A stretch of DNA of 64,000 nt from Takakia lepidozioides (lineage: Eukaryota; Plantae; Bryophyta). Positions 11,796-25,004 of this stretch are shown one piece after another; position 1 is the stretch's first letter, and each line of letters opens with the position of its first letter. The DNA lies in NCBI GenBank assembly GCA_030704615.1, contig CM060731.1, forward strand, positions 92,070,001 through 92,134,000, written 5' to 3'. The notes beneath the pieces are model-generated. The model searched no databases. It worked only from the letters and a program-made list of their open reading frames with translations, and was not told the origin of the DNA. The translations under genes were made by a program, and so were the position numbers.

Positions 11796-14273
11796 TGTAT
11801 AACGGATTTCTCGCCTGCCCCGCCAGACCCGATGAACTTCTACCCCGATCACCGCTACCGCCTCCTACTAACGCTACGAACACCCCGTGGCTCCCCCTCG
11901 TTGTCTTCCCGCCAGAACCTTGTCAGAGCTTTCTGTATGAGCTCGTCTAGTTCCGTGATACAGGGACGGTTGTCCTTCGGCTTCCTGCTACTCTCTATCA
12001 CGACTACGACATATTCCAACGCTCCAATGTAGCAAAGCCAGCAATCGTGCGCGTCTCTGCTGTAATGCATGAGGGCAATGATGGACTCGTCGAGCTGCTC
12101 CTCGCTCATGATCTCCTTGTTTGTAAGCCTGGCGGGCACATACTCCAGGTTCTTGCCCTCTGGTGGCTTTACTATGGAATCACAGCGCAACGCGTTGGGG
12201 GCAATTTACAGTGCGAACTCAAGACAACATGCAACAAACTACTTAACGAGATGGCAAGAACGATCATACAAGACATAGACTAACTGCACACTTGTTTTCA
12301 TGAAGATCTCCATTCGTTCTCCTCTTTACTCCCCAAGGCAACTCCAGTTAGAGTGCGTGAATCCTTTACCCTATCAATACAACAGGTCTGAGCCCGGGGA
12401 ATCCCCTAGAATGGTGCCTCTCTACTGAGTACTACTCCAGCCTAGCTACCTTCTACGTCTTCCTAGAACTGGCAGTCTATCCCCTCTTAACCTGCGAACT
12501 ACCTCTCGTGTCTTCCTATCTATTGAGTCCACCGTTCACGCCTCCCTGGCGATACTCTCTCCCTCTCCCAAAATCGCAGCAGCTCTCACCCGCAGTCTTG
12601 CTCTCTCTGCTACCCTCCCCTCTCAATCTTGCCTATCCGAATAATGTCTCTTCCTGCTGCTGCTGCCTGCCTATCTCCCCCGTCAGCCTCGCGTCCTCCG
12701 CCCTCATTGTCTCATGATTGCCGGCGGATTTTCCCTCGCGTGCTCTTCCCGTGATGATGGCAATGCGCGTCCTTTGATCCCAAGAAAGTACTCGCCCCTG
12801 CTGCAGCAATCCACTCTTCGTAGTGACTTGGGCCCTAGTAGCCCCGAGCAAGGTCGTAGCTGGAGTTGGGCTCGTAGGGAGTGCTGCTCGTAGCGCCTGC
12901 TGAGCTCGTAGCCCCTCGCAGCTCATTGCCCGATTGCAGCTCGTAGTTGCTCACCCTTCTGCATGTGTTGGGCTCATTTTTGGTGAGGCCTTCGGCTCTG
13001 GTTCTGCCGAGCTCCTTGATGTCTCGCTCCTTCCCTCCTGCACAAGTGCGGAGGGTCAGATTTCTAGTCTAACATTATCCCCCTCTTACATTCATGTCCT
13101 CATGGACGGCTTCTTTGCCATCTTTGTGAGGCCCTTCTACGGCTAAATCCACTCTCCAGACTACTTCGAGTGGTTTCATGGGGTAGGGGGAGGCATTCTT
13201 CTTCGCTATCATCCGGGGCATTGCATTCATCTTTGCGCTCCTCCACTGGTCCGTGCCCCTGTCCAGGTCGGCACGTATCGTAACGCCGCCGTGGGTTTAA
13301 GTCTCAGAGGCAAGGCCGTTTGTATCCTCTGGCGGAGCAAGGTGTGGAGCTCCCCTATTAGCACCTTTCTTACCCTTTGTTTGACTCGGCATCTGGCCCC
13401 GTTAAACGATGTTTCTGTCGCTCTTAAGAGGGTAGGGTATGTGGGTAGGGCCTGGGTTCTTCTGAGCCTATGAGCCAGGCAGTCCTTTTCTTGTTGGAAC
13501 AAGGTCTCGTCCTTCACAGATTCGTGTAGCTCAATGATGGCCTTGTGGTGGGTGGATGACCACGCCACCTCCTCCCGTGGTAGCTTCCGTATATTGCTGA
13601 CGTGCTTGCCCGAGGGGATCATAATCATACTTAATGGTTTTGAGCAGGCGGCTGCGTGGTTCCATAACTGTTCGTATTTCACCTCCATCAAGCAGTAGAA
13701 TCGTAAATACGTAATGTTGTATGCACCCCGTACTGGCATCGATTAAGTTGTGTACTTGGCAGGCCTTTCGAGTAGTATGTCCCCTACTTCCAGTCTGAAG
13801 GCCATTAGATCTCGTAGGGTACCTTGAGTGTTGCGCCAGTATGCGTTAAAGAACTCCGCCGTCCATACCTCTCGCTGTGGTGGTATCGCCAATTGATGGC
13901 GGGTCAGGATAACCATTCTCAAGGCCAGGAATAAATTCCTCTGGTGCTTTGGGCACGGGCATCGTGCATAGCAAGGTCTCCAGGGCTATGAGGTATTGGT
14001 TGGGGGATAAATACCTTTCGTAGGCATTGTCAGGAAATCTTGCCGTGTCAATGTGATCAATAAAAGTGGGGGAAAGAAAAGGTACCTCCGATGTTGGGCA
14101 TCTGATTCCCTGCAGCGTGGGTGCCTCCCTACCTTGCGCCGGGATGCCCTCCTCTTGTGTCTAGGGCAGCGCCCCTCCTACTTGTGCTAGGGGAATTACC
14201 TTGGTCCGAGTCAGGAATACCCCTTCCTGATCCTCGATTGGGGTATTTTCTTTCGTTTGCACCTCCGTTCTAG
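11796..14273 (-). mobile_element. LTR retrotransposon 3' part: putative LTR 11796-13074, PPT 13075-13087, internal 3' region
   Basis: On the minus strand AAGAGGGGGATAA precedes TGTTAG...; segment ends ...TATACA at 11796 with an abrupt composition change; cut off by a CACTA end at 14274. Confidence 0.55.
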
Positions 14274-14470
14274 CACTACAGGAAAAGGGGGAGGGGGTTT
14301 GACGTCGTGGCCACGCCCCAGCCACGTCGCGGCGTCGTAAAATAGCCCTTTTCGGGCGGGGAAAAAAACCAAATTTGCAACGCCTGGGCGTCGCAAATTT
14401 GCGACCAATGGGGGTCGCAAATATGCGAAACCGCGATTTGCGACACCGACGCGATTTGTGACGCCCGGGC
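14274..14470 (+). mobile_element. CACTA transposon end
   Basis: CACTACAGGAAA start followed by TTTGCGAC/GTCGCAAA subterminal repeats in both orientations. Confidence 0.75.
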
Positions 14471-14542
14471 CATTCAAACATAAGGGAGTCTCGCGAATCA
14501 GATGAGGGACGCCATAGCGGGAAGCGCAAGCGAAGGGCAGCA

Positions 14543-14885
14543 ATGGTGAAGTTTTGGAAGCCCAATAAGAATTTGGTCGTCCTGCAGGAATGGCTTACTT
14601 TGATGAAGGCAAGAAGGAGCGCACATACGGCAATGCCCTTGTGGCTGGAATTTCCAAGTACCCCTGCAAGGTGAGGGTGTTGAAATGGGTTCTCTCCGAG
14701 GTCATATTTTGCACGCAGTGTGCACATGTTGCTTCTGGCACTGAGCGTCCGCGCCACATTTTGATGTGTGGCTGCTTTTCCGCCTCGCAGGTTATGAAGA
14801 AGGCGTCACAGAAAAAGATCGCAAAGACGTCAAGGCTGAAGGCGTTCATTAAGGTTGTGAACTACAATCATATCACCACAGACAG
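14543..14885 (+). pseudogene. RPL27: 60S ribosomal protein L27 (eL27) gene fragment, exons 1-2
   Basis: MVKFWKPNKNLVVLQ..(deletion)..FDEGKKERTYGNALVAGISKYPCK, GT-AG intron 14671-14790, then [28 protein letters not shown]. Confidence 0.9.
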
Positions 14886-16680
14886 GTGTGTATTCTCGCC
14901 TGTTGGCGTTACAGAGCTAGCGCCAGATCTTCGCAAAAATCCACTATGTGTAGTTGCAATTCCATTACACAGGTCGTCAAGAAGACGTCACAGCAGAAGA
15001 TCGCAAAGAGGTCAAGGCTGAAGGCGTTTGTTAAGCTTGTGAACTACAATCATGAAATGCCAAAAAGGTGCCTGTGTTGTCGCATGTTGGCTTCTCTAGG
15101 CAACCGCCAGGCCTGAGCCAGAATTTCATGTGTAGCTGCAATTACATTACATACGTTACAAAGAAGACGTCACATAAGAAGATTGGAAAAGAGGTCAAGG
15201 CTGGATGCCTTCATTGAGGGTCAGAACTGCAATCATATCATGCCAAATCGCAAGAATTTGATGTCTGGTTGCAATTCTATTTCACAGGTTATCAAGAAGG
15301 CGTCACAGAAGAAGATCGCAAAGAGGTCAAGACTGAAGGCGTTCGTTAAGCTTGTGAACTACGATCATATCATGCCAAAAACGTGTCTGTGTTGTTGCAT
15401 GTTGGCTTTACAAAGCAAGCGCCAGGCCTGAGCAAGAATTTCATGTGTAGCTGCAATTACATTACATACGTTATAAAGAAGACGTCACAGAAGAAGATAG
15501 GAATGAGGTCAACGATGAAGGCCTTCATTGAGGTTTACAACTGCAATCATATCATGCCAAATCGCAAGAATTTGATGTCTAGTTGCAATTCCATGTCACA
15601 GGTTATCAAGAAGGCGTCACAGAAGAAGATCGCAAAGAGGTCAAGACTGAAGGCGTTCGTTAAGCTTGTGAACTACAATAATATCATGCCAAAAAGGTGT
15701 CTGTGTTGTTGCATGTTGGCTTTACAAAGCAAGCGCCAGGCCTGAGCAAGAATTTCATGTGTAGCTGCAATTACATTACATACGTTATAAAGAAGACGTC
15801 ACAGAAAAAGATAGGAATGAGGTCAACGATGAAGGCCTTCATTGAGGTTTACAACTGCAATCATATCATGCCAAATCGCAAGAATTTGATGTCTAGTTGC
15901 AATTCCATTTCACAGGTTATCAAGAAGGCGTCACAGAAGAAGATCGCAAAGAGGTCAAACCTGAAGGCGTTCGTTAAGCTTGTGAACTACAATCATATCA
16001 TGCCAAAAAGGTGTCTGTGTTGTTGCATGTTGGCTTTACAAAGCAAGCGCCAGGCCTGAGCAAGAATTTCATGTGTAGCTGCAATTACATTACATACGTT
16101 ATAAAGAAGACGTCACAAAAGAAGATTGGAAAGAAATCAAGGCTGGAGGCCTTCATTGGGGTTCATAACTGCAATCATATCATGCCAAACAGCATGAATG
16201 CCATGTCTCATTGCAATTCCATTTCACATGTTATCAAGAAGGTGTCAAAGAAGAAGATCGCAAAGAGGTCAAGGCTGAAGGCGTTCGTTAAGCTTCTGAA
16301 CTACAATCATATCATGCCAAAAAGGTCCATATGTTGTCGCATGTTGGCTTTACAAAGCAAGCGACAGGTCTGAGCCTGAATTTCATGTGTAGTTGCAATT
16401 ACATTACATATAGGTTATAAAGAAGACGTCACAAAAGAAGATTGGAAAGAGGTCAAGGCTGAAGGCCTTCATTGGGGTTCATAACTGCAATCATATCATG
16501 CCAACAGCAAGAATGTCATGTCTTGTTGCAATTCCATTTCACAGGTTATCAAGAAGGCGCCAAAGAAGAAGATCGCAAAGAGGTCAAGGCTGAAGGCGTT
16601 CGTTAAGCTTGTGAACTACAATTATATGTTGCCAAAAACGGGCCTGTGTTGTCGCATGTTTGCTTTACAAAGCAAGTGCC
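14791..16680 (+). repeat. Tandem array of RPL27 exon 2 plus intron flank (12 copies, 314-bp dimeric period)
   Basis: ORFs at 15383, 15697, 16011 recur every 314 bp; each unit has two KKxSQKKI.KRSRL.AF..NYNHIMP copies. Confidence 0.92.
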
Positions 16681-17097
16681 AGGGATTCCCCACGGAGATG
16701 GTGGTGATGATAGATTGGTCATTTGCAATATGTACACTTTCAAGGTTGAGGAGGCAGTGTTGACACCAGAGAGACTGGAAACGTGCTTCAAGAAAGTTGA
16801 AACTCGCAAGGTATTTATGTATTCATGGACGTTGGCGAGTATTTCTTTTTGTTTCAACTTCATTATTAGACTAAGCATCACTGTCGAGGGCATTGCTTGT
16901 GGTCATGACAGTTTATCTTGGGGCCATTCCATTGATGACAGGAAACCAAGGCAGTGTTGGAGGACCGAGGGTAGCTACCGTGTGAGCAGCTCACGTGAGC
17001 AGAACATGACAATTCACCCCAAAAACCAAAAATAAAAATAAAAATGAAATAAAAGCCTTGGCGAGGAGCCAGGTTCGTGGAGGGAAACAGGCTCGGC

Positions 17098-17452
17098 ATT
17101 AAGGTGGCGTCAATGCCACCTTAATTCCCAACCCCTGTTAGAGCTTAATTCCAGCCCAGAAGACCAACCAGATTAAGGTGGCAGGTGAATTGTCATGTTC
17201 CATGAGGGGTTGGGAATTAAGGTGTCGTCGACGACACCTTAATCTGGCACATTCGGGGAGGAAGGAGGAGTGAGGCAGATCGAGTTTGTGTATTACAGGA
17301 CGGTGGAGGGAAGCAAGTCTATCACAGCCAGTCACAGCCCGACTTAATGTGTCAACGCCACCTTAATTCCCAACCCTTGTTGGAGCTTAATTCCAGCCTA
17401 GAAGACCAACCAGATGAAGGTGGCGTCAAGGTGGCATCAACGCCACCTTAAT
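17098..17452. repeat. Cluster of ATTAAGGTG(T/G)CGT-NN-ACG(A/C)CACCTTAAT palindromes
   Basis: Copies at 17098, 17216 (perfect 28-bp palindrome), about 17343 and about 17427, inside a duplicated unit of about 240 bp. Confidence 0.85.
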
Positions 17453-18119
17453 CTGGCACATTCGTCTCCTCTCATCTCCCCCTCCCTGATCATCGACAGA
17501 GGTGGTCAGAAATAGCCCAAAAGCATATAGCAAGAATCCAGAATATTCTAAAACCTTCGAGATTGGACAAAACATTCCAACACTTCCCAAGACATTCCAG
17601 GACCTTCCAGAACCATCCCATAAGCATCTAGCAAGAATTCACAACATTCTAGAACCTTTGAGATTCCAGAACATTCCAGCACTTCCCAAGACAAGACCAG
17701 TGTTGGATCGGTATTGTATTTTGAACATACCAGGCTGGTACTTGTATAGATGCATGCGTCTGATTGTGATACCAGGGAAGCACTAGTTTTGGCAAAAATC
17801 TGAGATTTGGATAACATGGTGGTATCAATAATGCAGTATTGATGTGGTATTTTACAGGTATCAATATCAAGCGTTTTGAACAGCCTATATCAGGGCATTC
17901 TTTGGTATCAAACAAACCCACTATATGTTCATATTAAAAAGCCCACTTCTCATAATACCTGTACAATAAGCATGCTTCTCATTGAATTTATTTGTTAAAA
18001 GTATCCAACTTCTTATATTTCATCTTCATTTGCATCTAAGAGCTTAGATTCAAGATTGAAAGTTGCATCCATATTTTGTGTCGTGTACCTAAGCATCATG
18101 CCACAACATACATCGTTGT

Positions 18120-19300
18120 CTAACTACACTTCTCTTGAAGGCAACACCTTCCGTATCTGTAGAATCACACGTCTTGCTGTGATATCCAAGATTGTAGGTG
18201 TTGTCTGTTGCAGATACACAATATAGTTCCCAGGGTTGAATCTCCGAACCCCCGGTCAATACCATTATCCACGTATAATGGCATACCTCAATGTGTCTCG
18301 GTATTGGGCAATAGCAAGCTGGTTCTCAAAAGCCATATGCATGACTCTCTTGAACAATCATGTCTGTTGGTTAGACGCTTGTGTCCACACATCCGGATCA
18401 TCAAGGTTGAGGACTACTGCAACCTTCATGCGAATAGATGCAGACAAATCTGGCTCTCGGCAGAAGAGAAGAAAATAAGGTGAGAATGAGGCAAGTGACA
18501 CTTGTTTTGCTGAATCTATAGCCCGTAGCCAGCCAAGGCAGCTGAATGTCCCAATTTCTTAGGTGTCCCTTCTGTAAGCCATACTTGCGGAAATCCATTT
18601 TAATTGGCTGAACAACTTTCTCTGCCAAGCCATCAGCCTTGGGATGATCCCGAGAAGTAGTGTGGTGGTCTATCAAGGTTTGCTCATACACAACCTAAAA
18701 CTCCCCCAAGAACTCTTTTCCCTGGTCGTGAATACGTACTTTGGCTGGAGCACCAGATCGACTAAGAACATGATCCAAAAGAACATATAACGCAGCCCCT
18801 CACTAGCTTTGTCAGACAACACCACCAGTTCAATCTATTTGGAGAAGCACCATCACCAGCACATACTTGTTGTGGCAAATTGTTAGTGACAATGGGTCTG
18901 GGAAGTCAAGACTCCAACGATAATCCAAACCCATGATGGGTAAATGATGCAATTGTGGAGTAGATGCATTGAAAGAAACACATACCATATCATACACCAT
19001 GCACCTAGCCACTAATTGTTACACATCCGTGTGCATACCCGCCACCAATATTGCCCTTGCAGCAAACTTATATGAGTGCGCTGCACCCCAAAATGCCCTA
19101 ACTCCTCATGACATACCAATCGCACTCGTTGTGTTGGATGAGGCACAAATCCTCACTGGTCCATCATTCCACACTCGGTATAGGTGTGTCCCCTCCCACT
19201 TGAACCTTTTGGTTCCAACATTCATCCACATGCGCACAATGTCTCTTCTACATAATTGTAAACTACTGCCTGGTTGTATGCATCATTTCCCGCGGATACA
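18120..19300 (-). mobile_element. Degenerate Ty3/gypsy integrase
   Basis: HEELGHFG, LPIMGLDYRWSLDF, TTSRDHPKADGLAEKVVQPIK, WDIQLPWLATGYRFS; many stops. Confidence 0.8.
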
Positions 19301-20129
19301 AGTCTCCCGGGGTTTTCTCATCCACGGTTGTAGGCCCGCGCGGTGACACTCATCTTCATCCGTCAGCATCTTTCCGCTGACGGATGAGCATCTTCTCACT
19401 CACGGAGGCATTCCCCGAACCAAACCAACTCTGATACGTGCACGCCTCACCCTTTCCCAAATATCTCAAACACCTGGAACCCACCTTGACCTTAATATTG
19501 CATGTTCAAAATACCTCCCCCACCGACATACCCCAGGGTAATTGCAGCCTACAGTGTCCTTTTTTGCTGTCACAGCACCTGTTTTTTCAGATATAGAATA
19601 GTGGTAAATTATCATATTCATACATGACAATGCTATCAATAAAAAAGGACTAAAATATAAAGGCTCATCTATATATACTTTCACACTTTTAAATCTCATT
19701 ATCAAAAACCAGAATCTGTAGATGCTATGGACTTTTAAAAAGTCCATAAGGAATTATCACAGTCCATATAAAAAGACGTTGTGGACTTTTTTACTATAGA
19801 AGTTAGAACAAAGTCAAGAAAAAGGACTCTCTCAAACTTGCTTTGAAGAATGAGTAATCTGGAATGAAAACTATCATTCAAATATATGAAGTTAAAAAAT
19901 AATTATGTACTATTTTGAGCCTCAAAAATAGCTATTTTCATAAAGTCCTTTATGAATAAATTCTTTTGAAATATCAAAACTTTTTTCATTAGACACATTC
20001 ATTCACCATAAATGCACAGTTGAGTAGGATCAAATTCCATAAAAATACTTGTGAATAGAAACTATCGCAATTTAAATTTTTTGGTTTTAACAGTCAATAA
20101 TAGACGATCAAGATTGTCAGTTGAAGCAA

Positions 20130-21790
20130 ATCCAATGGTTGAGGATTTGCCACATCCTCCTTTATGTACTCATGATTTGCCACTTTTGGTCCACTCTAGC
20201 TGGCAATCACGTCCCAGAACTTCCCCGCCTCGCTTAACCGCCTATTATCAAATACACACGGCATGAAAGTTACTACCTACATGTACCTACCCCCCTGCCT
20301 TACTGCTCCTGGCTTAATCCCCAGGATAAGCCCATGCAAAGCCTGGATAAAGGCACTACCACGTCCTCCAACCCCCAACTTACCATTAGCTCTCGATGCC
20401 CCCCCGTTATGCCAACAACGTAAACCCCTCAAATACACTCCAGCCAACTCCCACTATACCGATGGTTCCCTCACTGACTCCCTCACTTACGGCATCCTTA
20501 GACTCCCTGGCCCTGCCACTATCTTACGCGCAGAGCTTATGGCCATCTATGAAGCCCTCTCCCAGTTAGCCGCGTTTCCCCCTCCATACTACATTTTTAC
20601 TTATAGTCTGACCTCACTCATTCTCATTCGCAACCACCTTTCCCGACCCTCTTCCCACCATAACCACCCTAAGCCGAAATCTCATTGATGCCATTGTCAA
20701 TCTCGTCATTTCCACATACTCACCCATTCTGGCTCATATACCTCGTACCGGACCCCTTGGACCTCCGACCAATCCGTAACCTCGTCACAATACTTACTCG
20801 GGAGGCTAACAAACAAGCCGCGGCCTCTATAAGCCACACCAAGGTACATATCCAGAAATGGACACAATCCTCAGTACTCTGGATGATAAATTGTAAAACC
20901 ATTTTTGGCACACCAAACTCGCAACCGATGCACAAATACGACACTCTCTCAAAATTCAAATATGCTCAATACATGGGCCATCAATGCAAACACATCTTCT
21001 GGCCGCGCCTATACCCATCCCCAATTAATTATCCACTCTGCTCACACACCCCAGACCTAATCATGCCGCTTGACACATTCATAAACTTTTCTATACCGCA
21101 TTGAAATTAGATGGTTCTCACTCATTAACGGGCCAGTACCTACCAAGACAGACCCCGGGACCACATTGTCCCACCCTGGCTTCTTCCTTGCACTTGCCAA
21201 CCTCACTCTCCCTGTACATGCCCCGCTAGACTATGCCCGGATATCCTACTCGTCCAAGGCCTACCCGTAAGCGCCCCACCTCCAAATGCCCCACCCCCAA
21301 ACCTCACCATACACTTTATCGAGTTCACATACTGCCACGATCGATACACCCCAGCTCCTCCATTTTTTACAAACGACAAAGAGATAATGGCTATAGGAGA
21401 CCAAGAGATAATACAGCCCTCCCCGCTCATCTTAGCTATCCGCCAAAGAGGATGGTCCACTGACCCATTAACTATCATCACCGCCGGAACCAAATGAGGC
21501 ATTCACAAGCACTTTACACAAACTTTCACATTCTCATCTCCCCTATCCACAAATGCTTTAAAGCTATCCACCTCACGGTGCTTCGCTCTCTCACAGCTAT
21601 TATTACCAACAAGCGGCAACTTGAATCTTCTCTCCCCTCAGCCTCCTAGGAAACCTCGGGTACCCATGATACCTAAGGCACCTCCTTCCCTTGGTTACAT
21701 GGTGTCTCTTGGACACCGGTTTTCTTCATAGGGCCCACCCCCATAAGGGGGCAGTCGCCGTAAGACGAAGTGGAAGTAAGCGTGCCCAGA
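20130..21790 (+). mobile_element. LINE remnant with RNase H and C-terminal restriction-like endonuclease
   Basis: YTDGS...ILRAELMAIYEAL...IFTYSLTSL (RNase H); from about 21165 RLCPDILLVQGLP...IHFIEFTYCHDR...RGW..PLTIITAG (RLE-like); stop near 21647. Confidence 0.7.
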
Positions 21791-21874
21791 CAGGCAGCAA
21801 ACATGAACTATCCTCCAAAACCAGAAGCATGACTCAAGGGGGACGAACCACAGCTGCGTTTGTGGCCCTCTGAA

Positions 21875-23726
21875 ACTGTGTGCGTCAACGCACTCAATTT
21901 TGGAGGGCCCAAAAAAAAAAAAAACTTTAATTTTTATTTTATTTTATTTTATTTTATTGGTTTGGGTTCTCCCTCCTTTCTTGCCTAGAACTGAGTGCGT
22001 CAACGCACCCAATGTCTTCACTCATAAAAGAGCTCCGTAAACGCATTCAATTTTTGAAGTTTGAAAGACGTCTCTCACTGCTCAAACTTCCCGGACTTTT
22101 CTTCAAAAGTTGTTGTCCCAATATAGCTGGGAGTTCCTAGCCGCAACATTCTAAAACTAGATCACAATCATTCATACCTTGGTCTTTTATTTTCATCAAT
22201 ATCCAACGAATGACCCAGTGGTTAGGGCATAAGGCCCCTTTACAAAGGGTCCTGGGTTCAAAGCTACATAGGTATATGTTGGATGTCACCCCTTATGGCC
22301 AACCTAGCATGACCGTTAGAGGGTGTCCACCTTTGAAACAAGAGGGAGATGATAAAATGAGCTTGTGCAATGTAGGAGCCCGAGTTGACATTGAGGCGGG
22401 TGGCGGCAACATCGCTTTCGGACATTGGAAAGCATACACCAGAGCTTGCCCAGGGCATAGTGGATGCAGGCGTGGTGCCCTTCATTGCCCCCCTCATTAC
22501 CCATGCAGATTCCAAGTTGAAGAGAGAGGTATGATCATCATACATTGCACTCATACTTTCTGACATCCAAATGTACCCAACAAGTTGCTCATTTGTTTAG
22601 AGAAGAGACGTTGTTTGCCATAGCGTTGTGGTCATAGACCTGGTGCCTAGTTTGGGTGGAACATATTTATTTAGAGATCAACATAGAAATAAAGGAAAAA
22701 AGAAACCTCACATGAAGTGCAAATAGCTTAATGCGAGAGAAAGAGAAGAATAAGAAAAGAACAAGCCTCAAACTGCGATGGGTTCTCTTGCTTGGGCAAG
22801 ACATAAGAGGAAGGTAAGACTAAGGGGCATGACTCGGCACAATACACCAATCGGAGCCTTGACACGGTGTAAGGTCCTGTGACCACATTTTCTCCGTTGA
22901 CTTGAACATGATGCGCAGTCTCTCTCTACAAGAGAGCCGATAAAGAAAGAACTTATGACATCCATGGAAAAAGCTAAGAGCTTATGGGAAGAGAATGTAC
23001 TCATAAGAAGCCATAGCTTTGTGACCAAGCCCACTTTGGGCGGAACAAAAGGGAATAGACATGACTACCTTTGTGAGAGGCTCACTCCATTCACGGAATA
23101 AACTTTGGTGAACGGATGACCGGGTGCGCGGCCAAAATTATTTAGGTTCGGACATAAGAATGTAATCAAACCTATGGGTCCAACAAATTTGTAGGTTAGG
23201 CACCAATAAGGTGGCTTCGGATATACGTTCTGGTTAGGGTCAGAAATAGTTCGGGTTTGGTTTGTCGACGAACTATACATGCACAGTATAATGTGTGATT
23301 TGCTACAAATATACATGATGCCCAACCTAATACCGATCCAGAGAGAAGGGCATTGGGAGAACCCTCAGAAATTGCGTGCGTCAACGCACTCAATTTTGAG
23401 GGGGTTCTCTTTCTCCCCTTCATTCACCTCCCTTGATAATACAATGAGAGAAGTGCAGGGTGAGACAGTGTAAGAACACGCAATTTTTGGGGATGCTCGC
23501 ATTGCCCTTCTCTCATCCTTCGGTCTCTGCGGTTCAGGAAATGTCCAGCTATGTGCAGATTGAAAGGTCCAGCGTAAGGACATGTCTGAATTGAGAGCAC
23601 CCTGTTTTCTCTGTCGTCTATACTTCCATGAGCCCTCATACAGATCCGACAATGCTAACACAGAATGCTGACATAGAAAACAAAAGTAAAGAGGGCATAA
23701 AAACTGTGTGGGTCAACGAACGCAAT
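21875..23726. repeat. Dispersed palindromes A(T/C)TGAGTGCGT-CA-ACGCACTCAAT (family 2)
   Basis: Copies at 21875, 21990, 23371, 23703 (degenerate), partial at about 22036; another at 34229. Confidence 0.85.
22205..22280 (+). mobile_element. Possible tRNA-derived SINE head
   Basis: A-box-like TGACCCAGTGG and B-box-like GGTTCAAAGC at tRNA-like spacing; no full cloverleaf. Confidence 0.4.
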
Positions 23727-23773
23727 TTCATGCCTTCTCCACTGCCCACAATCAAGAGAAAGGAGAGAATCAC

Positions 23774-24140
23774 CTTCGGTCCTTTGGGATGAGCACTCCC
23801 AGATGCCTCTGCTTGAGCCACAATCGCAGCCGTCCTCCCCATCTGCGCAACCTTCTTCTCCTTCGGCGCTGCTTCCTCAACAAGGGTGTCGGGCTCCTCT
23901 GTGTCCATGTCGTCAGGGTCGCCCTCTGTTGCTGTCTCCTCCCCTCATTCACCAACTTCTCCGCGCGGCTGGTCCTCCTCCGCCATGTGCTCTGTTTCCA
24001 GGGCCGCGCTCTCCTCTGCTATCTCCTTCAACGTCATGTTGGACCTCTCATTCTCTCTCTCGCCTTCTTCTTGTCTCTCGTTGAAGTGAAAAAGAAAGAC
24101 TATTTTCTACGCCTTCCACTCTCTTGCTGGGAACTCGGTC
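23774..24140 (-). pseudogene. First exon of a MULE accessory gene, homologous to the start of the 45.4-kb gene
   Basis: RRK*SFFFTSTRDKKKARERMR versus RRKSLYYTSARQRLKARERMR at 45405-45461; ends HPKGPK|GT versus RPKPAK|GT. Confidence 0.6.
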
Positions 24141-25004
24141 TCCTGCTACTCTCCAACTTGAAAATCACAAACTACTGGGTTGCGAGACGTCGTGCAATTA
24201 GTACCAGCCGGGGCCTCGATCTCAGTGGTTATGCATGTGTTCACGGCATACGTGTCCACCTCGCAAAGGCACATTTGTCCTTTCGGCAGTTGCCGCCGTC
24301 TTGAACTAGTTAGGTATGGCCATTGGTAGTACTATTGCTTGGTGATAGATTCGATTTGGATGGATGAGTTATTAGGCTAGCTTTTGCCGGTTTTTCCCGG
24401 TTCGAAATCTTCATATGTGGCACAACATGCCATGTATCATTGGTTCTCCACCGAATTTTCTGCAACCCTGCACTCAATATTGCATTGTCGGGTTCCACGT
24501 GCCTCAACAAGTTGGGATGACATTTGGATTCCAATACTTTCGTCTCCGCCGTCTTTTCACTTGGGTCGGTACAGACACATAACTGCTTAACAACTGTTTT
24601 TGGAAGACTCTTTAACGGTATGTCAGCTTTTCAAAGATCTGGGTTTAGGCTCAACCTTCCATATTAACGGTTTGGGGCATAGAAGACGATGACAGGATGG
24701 CCTCGTTAGTATCGGTGCGAACTCTAACGGCGTAGAAATGTAATCCCCACTATCGTTTGTAACAAGAATCCACACACAAGTCGTGGGACTATACACTTTG
24801 AGGCTTCCAGTGGCTCATAATTTCTCGTGCACCAGCATGGGTTCATTTGAAGCGGAGTTTTACTCTGTCGAGAAACCTGTCCATTTCTTGAAGGATGCCG
24901 ATGACAATGGTTTTGCAATTGCGGAGGAACAACTCCTAGCAACACGTTTCGAGTACTAGATTGGCACTATCTGCCTCGAAAAAGAGGTTTACGGTATCGA
25001 CGGG

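Noticed and set aside
14590-16763. Functional RPL27 genes
   Set aside because: Exon 1 is deleted and frameshifted, the C-terminal part is absent, ORFs read through introns
22205-22280. tRNA gene
   Set aside because: A/B boxes only; no convincing acceptor stem or cloverleaf
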